Of a stretch of DNA of 64,000 bases, positions 49,993-59,900 are shown one piece after another. Location: assembly GCA_964415065.1 (NCBI GenBank), contig CAYPYX010000001.1:35298-99297 (forward strand), in the 5' to 3' direction. The stretch's first letter is position 1, and every line of letters begins with the position of its first letter. Position numbers and translations under genes: made by a program. The notes below the pieces were generated by a model. It made no database searches. It saw nothing but the letters and a program-made list of their open reading frames with translations, and was not told where the DNA came from. This DNA is from an uncultured Rhizobium sp. Lineage in GTDB: Bacteria; Bacteroidota; Bacteroidia; NS11-12g; UBA955.

Positions 49993-51792
49993 CTATTTAG
50001 CCTGACGGATTATAGCAAGTTCCTTTTTCAAACGATCTAGTTGTTCGTTTAATTTTTTTACTTTATCGTCAAATTGCTTTAAAACAGCACCTGCATTTTT
50101 AGAGTTACTAAAGAAACCTTTGTTGTTCTCGATAGTGGCTAACTCATCTTGAATCTTATTAATGGTATCACGTAATTTACGTTCTTCACCCATTAATTTG
50201 TGCTTTCCATCGGGAGAGTCCGATAAACCAGCTACATAATCTCGAACTGATTTTTCACGTTCCGCATTATTCATTTCACGAAGAGATTGGAACATAGGAT
50301 CAATTAATTTTTGGTATCGATTATTCAACGAATGAAATTTCTTGCCTGACACAAAACCCGATTGATTCCATCTTTGTTGGATGGCTTTCAAATCATTAAA
50401 AGTATAATTTTTAGTTTCAGCACCGGCAAGAGCTTCTAGTTCTTTCAAAATTTCTTCTTTAGCTGTTACAGCACCCGATTCATTTTGTTTTCTTTCATCC
50501 ATCCAAGCCTTTTTTCTTTCAAAAAACACATCGAATGAGGCTCTGAATCGCTTCCAGATTTTTTCATTTTGTTCTTCAGGAACAGGACCTACTTTTTTCC
50601 ATTCTTCCTGCAATGCTAACAATGCAGCACTTGCGTTATTATAATCGTTAGAATCTTTAAGTTGTTCTGCGCGTTCGCACAATTTTACTTTTTGATCTAA
50701 GTTCGCTTGTTTATGAGCATTCAAACCTTTGAAAAACTGTTTTCTTTCGGAGAAAAATGTATTTCTAGCGTTTTGAAAGCGATCCCAAACTTCCTCGTTT
50801 TTATCAGAGGGTACGGGTCCAATTTTTTTCCATTCTTCGAATAGATTATCCAATTCTTGGGCAACACTCTGCCATTCTTTGCCGTTTGTTGGAAGTACAG
50901 CAATCAAAGCTTCAGATTTTTCGATTAGTAATGATTTCTTTTCAAGATTAAGCTTTCTTTTTTCATCTTGAGCGGCTCTGTATGCACGAACGGATTCTAC
51001 TATTTCGTTACTCACCAATTTGAAGCGATTCCAAATTTCTTCGGAAATTTCTTTTCTAACTGGTCCTGTATTTCTCCAATCTTCATGATGTTTATTCAAC
51101 GAAACTAATACCTTTCGAATATTCTTTTCATCTTTTAATGCCTCAACACGTTTGATCAATTCAATTTTAATTTCAAGGTTTTTCTCGCGATCTAAATCCT
51201 TTAATTCGTTGAAAATACTCAAATTATCATAGAATTTATCTACGAGCGCTTTGTATTGAGCAGATAGTTCTTCTTGGAATTCTTTAGGTACAGAACGAAT
51301 TTCTCTCCATTCGCGCATCAATTCTCGCAAGTGTTTAAGAGAATTTTCAGTTTCTTCATTCTCAACTAAAGCCTTGATTTTTTCCAAAATACTTTGCTTT
51401 TGACGCAAATTCGCCAACTTCTCTTCCTCTGCACGTTTTCTTTCTTCTTCTCTGAGTTTCTTAAACTCATTGAAAATCTCTAATAATCTTACCTTTAATG
51501 CATCCTGTGGAGGAACAAAATCTTTGACATCATTTCCATCATCAATCCATTGTTTGATTAATGCTGGCTTTTCAGCAGAACTTATGCGCTCAAACTGCTC
51601 TTTCAAGGCATTTAAATTATTAAATGCTGTTTTAACATCTGCTGTTTGAATCAATGATTCTGCTTCTGTGATGATTTCTTCCTTGCTGAGCTTACTATAA
51701 AGATCTTTTTTTGATGTTTCTTCATCATGAAGATTAATCAATTGTTCCACTTCATTCAGTTGCTCATTGTAATTTTCAGCAATGGGGTTCAT
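49993..51792 (-). CDS. DUF349 domain-containing protein
   Basis: At least 5 internal repeats of the E(E/D)WK.IGPV(P/R).E..E.IW.RF type, which is diagnostic of DUF349. Confidence 0.85.
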   Translation of the reverse strand: MNPIAENYNEQLNEVEQLINLHDEETSKKDLYSKLSKEEIITEAESLIQTADVKTAFNNLNALKEQFERISSAEKPALIKQWIDDGNDVKDFVPPQDALKVRLLEIFNEFKKLREEERKRAEEEKLANLRQKQSILEKIKALVENEETENSLKHLRELMREWREIRSVPKEFQEELSAQYKALVDKFYDNLSIFNELKDLDREKNLEIKIELIKRVEALKDEKNIRKVLVSLNKHHEDWRNTGPVRKEISEEIWNRFKLVSNEIVESVRAYRAAQDEKRKLNLEKKSLLIEKSEALIAVLPTNGKEWQSVAQELDNLFEEWKKIGPVPSDKNEEVWDRFQNARNTFFSERKQFFKGLNAHKQANLDQKVKLCERAEQLKDSNDYNNASAALLALQEEWKKVGPVPEEQNEKIWKRFRASFDVFFERKKAWMDERKQNESGAVTAKEEILKELEALAGAETKNYTFNDLKAIQQRWNQSGFVSGKKFHSLNNRYQKLIDPMFQSLREMNNAEREKSVRDYVAGLSDSPDGKHKLMGEERKLRDTINKIQDELATIENNKGFFSNSKNAGAVLKQFDDKVKKLNEQLDRLKKELAIIRQAK

Positions 51793-51884
51793 ATAGGTAA
51801 ATTTTTACAATTATTTAAGGATAAGATTGAATTAATCGTATTTATGCAATTAATATTTATAATTACTTTTATACTTTCGGATAG

Positions 51885-52367
51885 TTATTTCTTCTTGGGA
51901 TGTAGGAGTTGAAAAATGGCAGTTTGTGCTGCTTCCTTGCCTTTATGTCCGTTTTTGCCACCAACACGATCTTCAGCTTGTTCTTCTGTCAGTGTTGTAA
52001 TTAATCCAAAAACACACGGTTTGTTGTATTTCAAACCTACTTGCATAACACCATTAGTAGCACCGATACAAACAAAATCGAAGTGAGGAGTATCACCTTT
52101 TATTACACAACCTAGTGTTAATACGGCATCCACTTGGAAATCTTCAAAAAGGGTTTGAGCACCCCAAGGTAATTCAAATGCACCTGGCACGGGTAAAACA
52201 ATAATATTTTGTTCAGAAATACCCCATTTTTTTAGTTCTTCTAATGCACCACTAAGCAATCTGCCTGTAATATGTTCATTCCAAATGGACCACGTTATGC
52301 CCACTCTAAATGTTTTTATTTCATTAAGATGCACAGAAAAATCGGAGGAAAAGCTCGCCGTAGACAC
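51885..52367 (-). CDS. ribH: 6,7-dimethyl-8-ribityllumazine synthase
   Basis: RVGITWSIWNEHITGRLLSGA...PGAFELPWGAQ...FDFV lumazine synthase motifs. Confidence 0.9.
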   Translation of the reverse strand: MSTASFSSDFSVHLNEIKTFRVGITWSIWNEHITGRLLSGALEELKKWGISEQNIIVLPVPGAFELPWGAQTLFEDFQVDAVLTLGCVIKGDTPHFDFVCIGATNGVMQVGLKYNKPCVFGLITTLTEEQAEDRVGGKNGHKGKEAAQTAIFQLLHPKKK

Positions 52368-52383
52368 AATTCTTTGTATTTAA

Positions 52384-53061
52384 TTAGGGATTTAACTCAC
52401 CTAATTTAGCTTTCATTTTGTAGACATACTTGTCTATATCAGAACCTTCAGAAGAAGTAGAGTATTTATCAGCGATTACATTGTAACAACGCAATGCATC
52501 TTTGAATTCACCTGCCATTTCATAGTGCACACCTGCTTTTTTCAAATACATAGCACTAAAGTCGTTTTCTGCAACACTTGAAGCTCTTTCGAACATTTTA
52601 GCAGCATCTACAGTATTACCTAATTCAGATTCACAAACCGCTTTCATACCCAAAATAGAAGCATTCAAAACTTCATCCTTAGCATCCGTTTTATCCAAAT
52701 AGTTCAACGCATCCTTGAATTTTTTTTCTTTCATGAATGCAATCGATGCCATCAATGCAGCTTCTTTGCCTTTTTTTGTATACCAATAGTCGTCTGCAAT
52801 TTTAGCAGCAGATACGATTTTCATCGCGGCATTACCCTTAGTAATGATTTGTGTTGAATCGTTCTTAAAGTAATAATATAGTGGAGCTAATTTCTGACCA
52901 GCTTTCTTTTCTTGATCTGGTAAAAAGCTCATTGAATAATACAAACTACCAGCAACAATAGCAACTGCACTGATCAATGACACATTGATAACTCTCTTGT
53001 TTCCAACGTAAAATGCTGAAACATTGTTTCTAACCGATAGCCAATTTTCTTTAATGTCCAT
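52384..53061 (-). CDS. tetratricopeptide-repeat protein (membrane-anchored)
   Basis: N-terminal TM helix. TPR-like helical repeats. Co-oriented with ribH and 16 bp upstream of it. Confidence 0.7.
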   Translation of the reverse strand: MDIKENWLSVRNNVSAFYVGNKRVINVSLISAVAIVAGSLYYSMSFLPDQEKKAGQKLAPLYYYFKNDSTQIITKGNAAMKIVSAAKIADDYWYTKKGKEAALMASIAFMKEKKFKDALNYLDKTDAKDEVLNASILGMKAVCESELGNTVDAAKMFERASSVAENDFSAMYLKKAGVHYEMAGEFKDALRCYNVIADKYSTSSEGSDIDKYVYKMKAKLGELNP

Positions 53062-53138
53062 GTTTTGAGCGGGCGAATATACGAAATAAGTTTTTTTTAC
53101 AAGTACTTTTTATGTGAATCTAATTAAGAATGATTCAA

Positions 53139-54125
53139 TTAATCCATGATGTATGGATAATCGTCTTCTACATAAACATCCTTAAATAATTCAGAAGCAT
53201 CTGGGAAAGGTGAATTTTCAGCGAAAACAACACTTTCATTTACATCTTCAATAATTGCTTCTTCCATAGTATCCAATTCAGCTTCAGTTGCGTATTTCTT
53301 CGCTATGATTGTAGCTTTAGTGGTTTCAATAGGGTCTTTTTCTTTGTAAGCAGCCAATTCTTCTTTGGTTCTGTAACTAGCAGGGTCACTCATACTATGA
53401 CCTCTGTATCGATATGTCTTTATTTCCAAAAATGTAGGACCATCACCACGACGAGCGCGATCACACGCTTCAGCAATAGCTTCGTGAACTGTTTCACACT
53501 TCATACCATCTACTTGGAAACTGGGCATATCATAAGCCGAACCAATTTTGTATATATCTAATAGGTTAGTGGTACGTTGTACACTAGTTCCCATTGCGTA
53601 CTCATTATTTTCACAAATAAAAATTACAGGTAACTTCCATAACATAGCCATGTTGAAAGTTTCATGTAATGCACCTTGGCGCGCTGCACCGTCACCAAAA
53701 AAACATAAACTCACATTCTTTGTGCCAAGATATTGTTCAGCAAATCCCAAACCTGCACCCATAGGAATTTGAGCTCCTACAATACCATGCCCTCCAAAAA
53801 AGTTTTTCTCTTTTGAAAACATGTGCATACTTCCACCTTTTCCACCAGAACAACCTGTTGCTTTACCATATAATTCAGCCATAACTGCATTAGCACTCAC
53901 GCCCATAGCCAAAGCATGCCCGTGATCTCTATAAGCTGTGATTACTTTATCGTCGGGTGTGATTGCCGACATCATACCTGCAACCAATGCTTCTTGTCCG
54001 ATATATAAATGACAAAAACCTTTTATTTTTTGTTGACCGTACAATTGAGCTGACTTTTCTTCAAATCGACGAACCAACATCATGGTTTTGTACCAGTTTA
54101 AATAGGTTTCTTTATTGAATTTCAT
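53139..54125 (-). CDS. pdhA: pyruvate dehydrogenase (acetyl-transferring) E1 component alpha subunit
   Basis: TPP-binding E1 alpha motifs (YRDHGHAL, GGKGGSMH, FFGDGAARQGA, YRYRGHSMSDP). Confidence 0.9.
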   Translation of the reverse strand: MKFNKETYLNWYKTMMLVRRFEEKSAQLYGQQKIKGFCHLYIGQEALVAGMMSAITPDDKVITAYRDHGHALAMGVSANAVMAELYGKATGCSGGKGGSMHMFSKEKNFFGGHGIVGAQIPMGAGLGFAEQYLGTKNVSLCFFGDGAARQGALHETFNMAMLWKLPVIFICENNEYAMGTSVQRTTNLLDIYKIGSAYDMPSFQVDGMKCETVHEAIAEACDRARRGDGPTFLEIKTYRYRGHSMSDPASYRTKEELAAYKEKDPIETTKATIIAKKYATEAELDTMEEAIIEDVNESVVFAENSPFPDASELFKDVYVEDDYPYIMD

Positions 54126-54206
54126 AGTAAGTAAATGTTTCGAATCGCGAAGATAATAAGAGATGTATCAGAATTTCAATTTGTTCAGGAAAAAAATATG
54201 CAGTAG

Positions 54207-55025
54207 TTAAATTTTGTCCTCAATATTTTTCACTTTATCTTTAATCATACCAATTTCACGTTGAATAACACGTAATGCTGGTCCTATTTCATCGGATTTT
54301 GAGGATGTAGGTTCTTCAAATTTGGGATTGATGTAATTTACAAACTTCCAAATCTCTAAAATATCTTGGACCTTAACAGAATACGGACTGTAGTTGGTAT
54401 TTGTACTACAAAGTAAGAAACTGCCATCTTCTTCAATTCGGTTGTACAATATTTTAAATACAATTCCTTCGTCTTGTGTAATCACAATATACGGATGTCC
54501 ATTTTTTACATGATTCCAATCCTGAAGATATTCACCAGTTACAAAAGCGCCATCAACTACTGGAGGCATGCTATCTCCGCTAATTGGAAAGGTTCTGTAC
54601 TTTTTATTCGGGGACAAAAAGGGCAAATTAAAAGCAGGTAATACTTTAATATAATTGGGATCCGCATAACCCGATGTGTAACCAGCTTTAGCTTTTACCG
54701 GCACCAATTCAATATTATCTTCATTATCTTTATTTACGGTTGTTGCTAAAATTCTCAATCGACTTCCAGTTAGGTCCATATCAAAACCTTTATCAAGTTC
54801 CAACAATTTGCTTTCGGGTAATTGTGATAAATCCAAACGCACAAGTCGATCTATCCCTAATTGAAAAAAATCGGATAACTTTATCAAAATGGATAATCCC
54901 GGTTCAGCCACACCATTTTCATAACTATTGTAAGCGGAACGAGTAATATTTAAAAGACTTGCCACTTCCTCTTGGCTTCTTTTTTTGCGTTTTCGCAACA
55001 ACTTTAAATTCTCTTTTAGATACAT
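54207..55025 (-). CDS. XRE-HTH / S24 (LexA-like) peptidase-domain transcriptional regulator
   Basis: N-terminal HTH (LKLLRKRKKRSQEEVASLLNITRSAYNSYENG). C-terminal S24 LexA-like domain (FPISGDSMPP...). Confidence 0.8.
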   Translation of the reverse strand: MYLKENLKLLRKRKKRSQEEVASLLNITRSAYNSYENGVAEPGLSILIKLSDFFQLGIDRLVRLDLSQLPESKLLELDKGFDMDLTGSRLRILATTVNKDNEDNIELVPVKAKAGYTSGYADPNYIKVLPAFNLPFLSPNKKYRTFPISGDSMPPVVDGAFVTGEYLQDWNHVKNGHPYIVITQDEGIVFKILYNRIEEDGSFLLCSTNTNYSPYSVKVQDILEIWKFVNYINPKFEEPTSSKSDEIGPALRVIQREIGMIKDKVKNIEDKI

Positions 55026-55054
55026 AATGTCAAAATACTTATCATTTATTTGGT

Positions 55055-55082
55055 ATGTAAATTAACAAACAATTTTTTACAT
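55055..55082. promoter_or_regulatory. Inverted repeat ATGTAAA-N14-TTTACAT in the divergent promoter region between the S24/HTH regulator and the EVE-pyrR-pyrB operon. Candidate operator.
   Basis: Read directly. Lies 30-57 bp upstream of the regulator start codon (minus strand). Confidence 0.3.
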
Positions 55083-55135
55083 TTCAAAAATTGGAGCACA
55101 AATTGTTTTAAATTTAATGGATTTGAACGTACTTT

Positions 55136-55552
55136 GTGAGGATGAATTATTGGCTGATTAAGTCTGAACCATTTAAATATAGTTGGGATCAATTCGAGAA
55201 AGATCAATCCACATTTTGGGATGGCGTAAGAAATTATCAAGCTAGAAACAATTTGCGAAACATGAAAGTAGGCGATTTATGCCTATACTACCATTCAAAT
55301 GAAGGAAAAGAAGTAGTAGGTATCGCAGAGGTAATTAAAGAATCTTATCAGGATCCAACTACTACCGATACAAACTGGGTTGTAGTTGATGTAAAACCCT
55401 ATAAAAAATTAATTCAACCGGTTAGTTTGGAAACTATGAAAAATGATTCCAGACTAACTGGTTTAGGTTTACTTCGACAGCCTCGTCTTTCTGTTATTGA
55501 CATTACTGAAGATCAATTCAATATAATTTTAGAACTCGCGAATGAAAAATAA
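55136..55552 (+). CDS. EVE (PUA-like) domain protein
   Basis: YWLIKSEP...W.GVRNYQARN...VGDLCLYYHS motif typical of the EVE domain. Confidence 0.8.
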   Translation: MRMNYWLIKSEPFKYSWDQFEKDQSTFWDGVRNYQARNNLRNMKVGDLCLYYHSNEGKEVVGIAEVIKESYQDPTTTDTNWVVVDVKPYKKLIQPVSLETMKNDSRLTGLGLLRQPRLSVIDITEDQFNIILELANEK

Positions 55553-56093
55553 TCAATCGAAGCTCTTATTAAGTCCCTTAAAAGGAGAAATGATATTAAA
55601 GCGATTTGCTCTTCAAGTCGTTGAAAATCACAAAAATTTAACTGAATTAGCCATTATTGGCTTACAACCCAGAGGGATTGAATTAGCGCAACTGATTCAT
55701 AAACACGTGTGCGAATTATCCAATAAATCCATCCTTTTTGGAGAATTAGACCATACTTTTTTCAGAGATGATATTGGTCGAGGCAGTATTCACATCCCCA
55801 AACCATCAAAAATAAACTTTTCAACCGAAGGTAAAACCATCGTTTTGGTTGATGATGTTTTATATACGGGAAGAAGCGTCAGATCTGCTATTGATGCCAT
55901 TATGAGTTTTGGACGTCCATCTCAAATAGAATTATTAGTTTTAGTTGATAGGATTCATGAACGCGAATTACCGATTAAACCAGATTACGTAGGAGTGTCT
56001 ATCGATTCAAGAAATACCAATTCCTATGTTAATGTAGAATGGATTGGTAATGAATTGAATGTTTGGCTATTTGAAAATAAAATAAATGAATAA
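55542..56093 (+). CDS. pyrR: bifunctional pyrimidine operon regulatory protein / uracil phosphoribosyltransferase PyrR
   Basis: PRTase motif VLVDDVLYTGRSVRSA. PyrR-like N-terminus. Overlaps the upstream EVE gene by 11 bp. Confidence 0.9.
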   Translation: MKNNQSKLLLSPLKGEMILKRFALQVVENHKNLTELAIIGLQPRGIELAQLIHKHVCELSNKSILFGELDHTFFRDDIGRGSIHIPKPSKINFSTEGKTIVLVDDVLYTGRSVRSAIDAIMSFGRPSQIELLVLVDRIHERELPIKPDYVGVSIDSRNTNSYVNVEWIGNELNVWLFENKINE

Positions 56094-57012
56094 TCTACCC
56101 TTAAATCACTTATTAGGTATAAAAGGAATGAATGTCAATCAAATTCATTCTATTTTCGAAACAGCACAGGGATTTCATAATTTATTGCAGGCACCAGTTA
56201 AAAAAACTCCTGCCTTACGAGATATTACCATTGCAAATTTATTTTTCGAAAACTCCACTCGAACCCGAGTTTCTTTTGAACTAGCGGAAAAGAGATTGGG
56301 TGCAGATGTAATTAATTTTTCTTCTTCATCATCTAGCGTAAAGAAAGGTGAAACGTTAATTGATACAGTAAATAACATCTTGAGTATGAAGGTAGACATG
56401 GTAGTTATGCGACATCCTGCACCGGGTGCGTGTAAGTTTCTATCAAAACACATTGATGCTCAAATAGTAAATGCTGGCGACGGAACTCATGAACATCCTA
56501 CGCAAGCCTTATTGGATGCATTTTCCATGCATCAAAAATTGGGTGATTTATCAGGTAAAAAAGTAGTGATTGTCGGGGATATTAAACATTCAAGAGTTGC
56601 ACTAAGCAATATTTACTGTCTTAAATTGTTAGGTGCAGAAGTTATGGTTTGTGGTCCTGCTACGTTAATACCCAAATACATTGAAACACTTGGGGTGAAA
56701 ATTTCACATGACTTAGATGAGGCTTTAAAATGGGCGGATGTAGCAAACATGCTAAGAATCCAATTAGAGCGTCAAGACGAACGTTATTTTCCTTCAATTC
56801 GGGAATATTCAAAATTATTTGGCTTAACGATGGATCGATTAAATCAAGCAAATCCCGAATTGCTAATCATGCATCCAGGCCCAATTAATCGGGGCGTTGA
56901 AATTAGTTCAGAAGTGGCAGATTGCAGTAATAGTATTATTTTAGAACAAGTAGAAAATGGAGTAGCTATTCGAATGGCTGTTTTATTTCTATTGGCACAA
57001 AAATCATTATAA
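56086..57012 (+). CDS. pyrB: aspartate carbamoyltransferase catalytic subunit
   Basis: STRTRVSFE carbamoyl-phosphate binding motif. HP.Q motif. Overlaps the pyrR stop. Confidence 0.9.
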   Translation: MNNLPLNHLLGIKGMNVNQIHSIFETAQGFHNLLQAPVKKTPALRDITIANLFFENSTRTRVSFELAEKRLGADVINFSSSSSSVKKGETLIDTVNNILSMKVDMVVMRHPAPGACKFLSKHIDAQIVNAGDGTHEHPTQALLDAFSMHQKLGDLSGKKVVIVGDIKHSRVALSNIYCLKLLGAEVMVCGPATLIPKYIETLGVKISHDLDEALKWADVANMLRIQLERQDERYFPSIREYSKLFGLTMDRLNQANPELLIMHPGPINRGVEISSEVADCSNSIILEQVENGVAIRMAVLFLLAQKSL

Positions 57013-58010
57013 TGAATCCAATTTTAGTAGAGTTAAGAAGAGCAGATGTACTTGAGAGTTTTCACAGAGGGGTAATCTGCGTTGTGGATGAAAACAATCA
57101 AATTATTTATTCTAAGGGTGATGTAGAACAAATTTGTTATCCCAGAAGTGCTATGAAATTTTTTCAGCATATTCCTTTGATTACATCTGGAATTTTTGAT
57201 TCTTACGGATTCACCCCTGAACAACTTGCCGTAATGTGTGGTTCTCATAATGGTGAATCAACGCATACTCAAGTAGTAAATACTATTTTAGACACCATAC
57301 ATTTAAATGAATCCAATTTAAAATGCGGTGCACAACCACCATCCTTAAAAAAGGATTACCACCAATTAATACGAGAAAATAAGGATCCACAACCCATACA
57401 CAATAATTGCAGTGGAAAGCATGCTGGTTTTTTAGCTTGGTCTACCTATAAAAATGAAGATTTGGATTCTTATTTGTCGCCAGAACATCCTTTGCAACTA
57501 GAAATAAGAACTGTAGTATCTCAGTTTTACGAATTATCATCGGATCAGTTGCATTTAGGAATGGATGGATGTAGCGCACCCACATTTGCAATGCCTGTAT
57601 TCAATCAAGCCATTGCATTCAAAAACTTAGTCTGCCCTCCATCGAGTTTCGACGATAAAACCAAGCTGGCTGCTAAACGCATTGTTACTGCTGTAACTGA
57701 ATTCCCTGAAATGGTGGCAGGTACACAGAGATATTGTACGGATTTGATGCGAATTACACGAGGTAGAATTGTGGGAAAAACTGGCGCTGATGGCGTTTAT
57801 TGTATAGGTATTCCGGAAAAAAAATGGGGTATAGCTATTAAAATTGACGATGGGAAAATGGGTCCACAATATCAAGTTGCACAAGAACTACTTAAAAAAT
57901 TGGACTTGATTTCACAGGAAGAAATAGCGGAATTGGAAAAATACCGTGAATTTGAAATGAAAAATTTTGCAGGAAATATTACAGGTAAATCCATAGTAGT
58001 AAATCTTTAA
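57012..58010 (+). CDS. asparaginase, Asparaginase_II (Rhizobium-type) family
   Basis: Family resemblance (YPRSAMKFFQ, HNNCSGKHAGFL, GMDGCSAP). 1-nt overlap with the pyrB stop (TAATG). Confidence 0.55.
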   Translation: MNPILVELRRADVLESFHRGVICVVDENNQIIYSKGDVEQICYPRSAMKFFQHIPLITSGIFDSYGFTPEQLAVMCGSHNGESTHTQVVNTILDTIHLNESNLKCGAQPPSLKKDYHQLIRENKDPQPIHNNCSGKHAGFLAWSTYKNEDLDSYLSPEHPLQLEIRTVVSQFYELSSDQLHLGMDGCSAPTFAMPVFNQAIAFKNLVCPPSSFDDKTKLAAKRIVTAVTEFPEMVAGTQRYCTDLMRITRGRIVGKTGADGVYCIGIPEKKWGIAIKIDDGKMGPQYQVAQELLKKLDLISQEEIAELEKYREFEMKNFAGNITGKSIVVNL

Positions 58011-58100
58011 TTACCGGTAATTTACTATCTTCGGAAAAACAGAATTGGTAAAATTCATCAGCTAATGGTGAATTCATTCTAAAATTGTATTCATTCAAAT

Positions 58101-59834
58101 ATGAAAATTATACTAGGATTCGGCTTGTGTATTTTACTTACAAGTAATACATTGGCTCAAAATCGACTCATCAAACCTTTATCTCATATCGAAGATAGAA
58201 TGATTGCATTAGATCCTACATTAATTGAGAGTTTTCGTTACAATAATCAGAATCTCGAATTAATGTCAGGATTGTTGAATAAAGAAGAACAACTTTATTC
58301 CGATATTTCAGTAAAAAATAGAGGAATAGATCAACAGAGTTTCTTTCGTAAATACAGCCCTGAATATTTTATTCAATATATAAAAATTGAACCTCTTTCT
58401 AAAAATCCTTCTATTAAAAAAAACAACCTTCAAAAAATTCATGATCTTGGATTTTTGAATAATCCATTTCGTTTTTATTCTTGGGAAAGTGAAGATAAAC
58501 AGGATTATATTGTTGTAAATCCTTTGTTCGATATGTCTTTTACCCCACAGTTTGATCGTTTCTCTAGCTCGTTGTTAAACGGTAAAGGAATTGAAGTTTA
58601 CGGTCAAATTGGTCCCAAAATTGCCTTCCACACAATCGCTAGTGATTATCAATTAAATCCCATAAATTCAATTGGGATGTATAGAAAACAAAATCGTGCG
58701 TTACCTGGAAATGGATTCGTAAATACCAATTTTCTAGGCTACTTGGATTATTTCTACGCAACGGGTTATGTTAACACATTAATTGCAGAAAAAAAATCTA
58801 AAGTTAATCCGAAAAATACGATATACTCAATCCATGCAACATTTGGTCATGATAAGCAGTTCATAGGTTCTGGTTTTAGAAGTATGATTTTGTCCAATTT
58901 TGCACCTCCAAGTCTGTTTTTACAACTGAATTACAGACTGGGTCCTTTCAAGTATCAAAATTTATTTAAGGAGTTAGTAAGGGATTTAACTAAAGATACT
59001 TTTAAAACTTACAATAAAAAATATTTAGCCATGCACAGAGGAGCCCTCGAATTCAAATCAATAGGTTTGGAGTTAGGTGTTTCTGAATCTGTAGTTCATT
59101 ATCGTCCAGATAATTCTTTCGATTTAAATTATTTAAATCCAATTATTTTTTACCGAGGAATAGAACGGGAACTAGGCTCCAGTGATAATGCATTAATTGC
59201 CCTTGATTTCTCATTTAAACGTAAACGTTGGAATACATATGGTCAACTGCTCATGGATGAATTCAACACTAATTATTTATTAACCAATAGAAAGCACTCG
59301 TACAACAAATTTGCTTACCAACTTGGAGCATACTGGAGTCCCCAAATAAAATATATCAAACAAAGTTACTTTCAAATGGAATGGAATTCGGTTAGACCGT
59401 TTACTTATTCGCATTACTCATCCAGTAATTATGCTCATTATGGACAAGCTTTAGCACATCCATTAGAAAGTAATTTTCGGGAATTTGTGTTTAGAACATT
59501 TATAATTCCAGATCAGTTCAGAAAATGGTCAATCAAAAATACTTTCATCGTTTACAATAAAGGATTAAACATAGGAAAAGATAATTACGGATCAGATTTG
59601 AGATTAAATTATCAAAAAGCTATTGATCTAAAAAATGCTCCGATGTTACAAGGAAATTTATTGAACGGAATAAATAACCAATTAGTTTTAAAGTATCTAG
59701 CTTCAGAAAGTTTCCATATTGAAGGTCTTTTCAATTATGAACGATTACACGGGGCTTTAAATAGTTCGTTTAGGTATTTGGGAATTGGTATACGATGGAA
59801 TTTCTTAGATTCCAAAGATGGATACATGCTCTAA
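58101..59834 (+). CDS. hypothetical outer-membrane protein (possibly a Wzi-like beta-barrel)
   Basis: Signal peptide. Alternating aromatic/hydrophobic pattern consistent with a beta-barrel. No definitive motif. Confidence 0.4.
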   Translation: MKIILGFGLCILLTSNTLAQNRLIKPLSHIEDRMIALDPTLIESFRYNNQNLELMSGLLNKEEQLYSDISVKNRGIDQQSFFRKYSPEYFIQYIKIEPLSKNPSIKKNNLQKIHDLGFLNNPFRFYSWESEDKQDYIVVNPLFDMSFTPQFDRFSSSLLNGKGIEVYGQIGPKIAFHTIASDYQLNPINSIGMYRKQNRALPGNGFVNTNFLGYLDYFYATGYVNTLIAEKKSKVNPKNTIYSIHATFGHDKQFIGSGFRSMILSNFAPPSLFLQLNYRLGPFKYQNLFKELVRDLTKDTFKTYNKKYLAMHRGALEFKSIGLELGVSESVVHYRPDNSFDLNYLNPIIFYRGIERELGSSDNALIALDFSFKRKRWNTYGQLLMDEFNTNYLLTNRKHSYNKFAYQLGAYWSPQIKYIKQSYFQMEWNSVRPFTYSHYSSSNYAHYGQALAHPLESNFREFVFRTFIIPDQFRKWSIKNTFIVYNKGLNIGKDNYGSDLRLNYQKAIDLKNAPMLQGNLLNGINNQLVLKYLASESFHIEGLFNYERLHGALNSSFRYLGIGIRWNFLDSKDGYML

Positions 59835-59900
59835 ACATTCCAAAAAAAAGCCGCTAATCTCCAGTGAAATTAACGGCTTTTGAATCGAATTGATAATTTG

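Noticed and set aside
55026-55135. PyrR-binding attenuator RNA upstream of the EVE-pyrR-pyrB operon
   Set aside because: Only a weak resemblance (GUGAGGAUG) to the conserved UCCNGAGAGGCU PyrR-binding loop, and no obvious terminator/antiterminator pair. PyrR may act here only as a UPRTase or regulate elsewhere.
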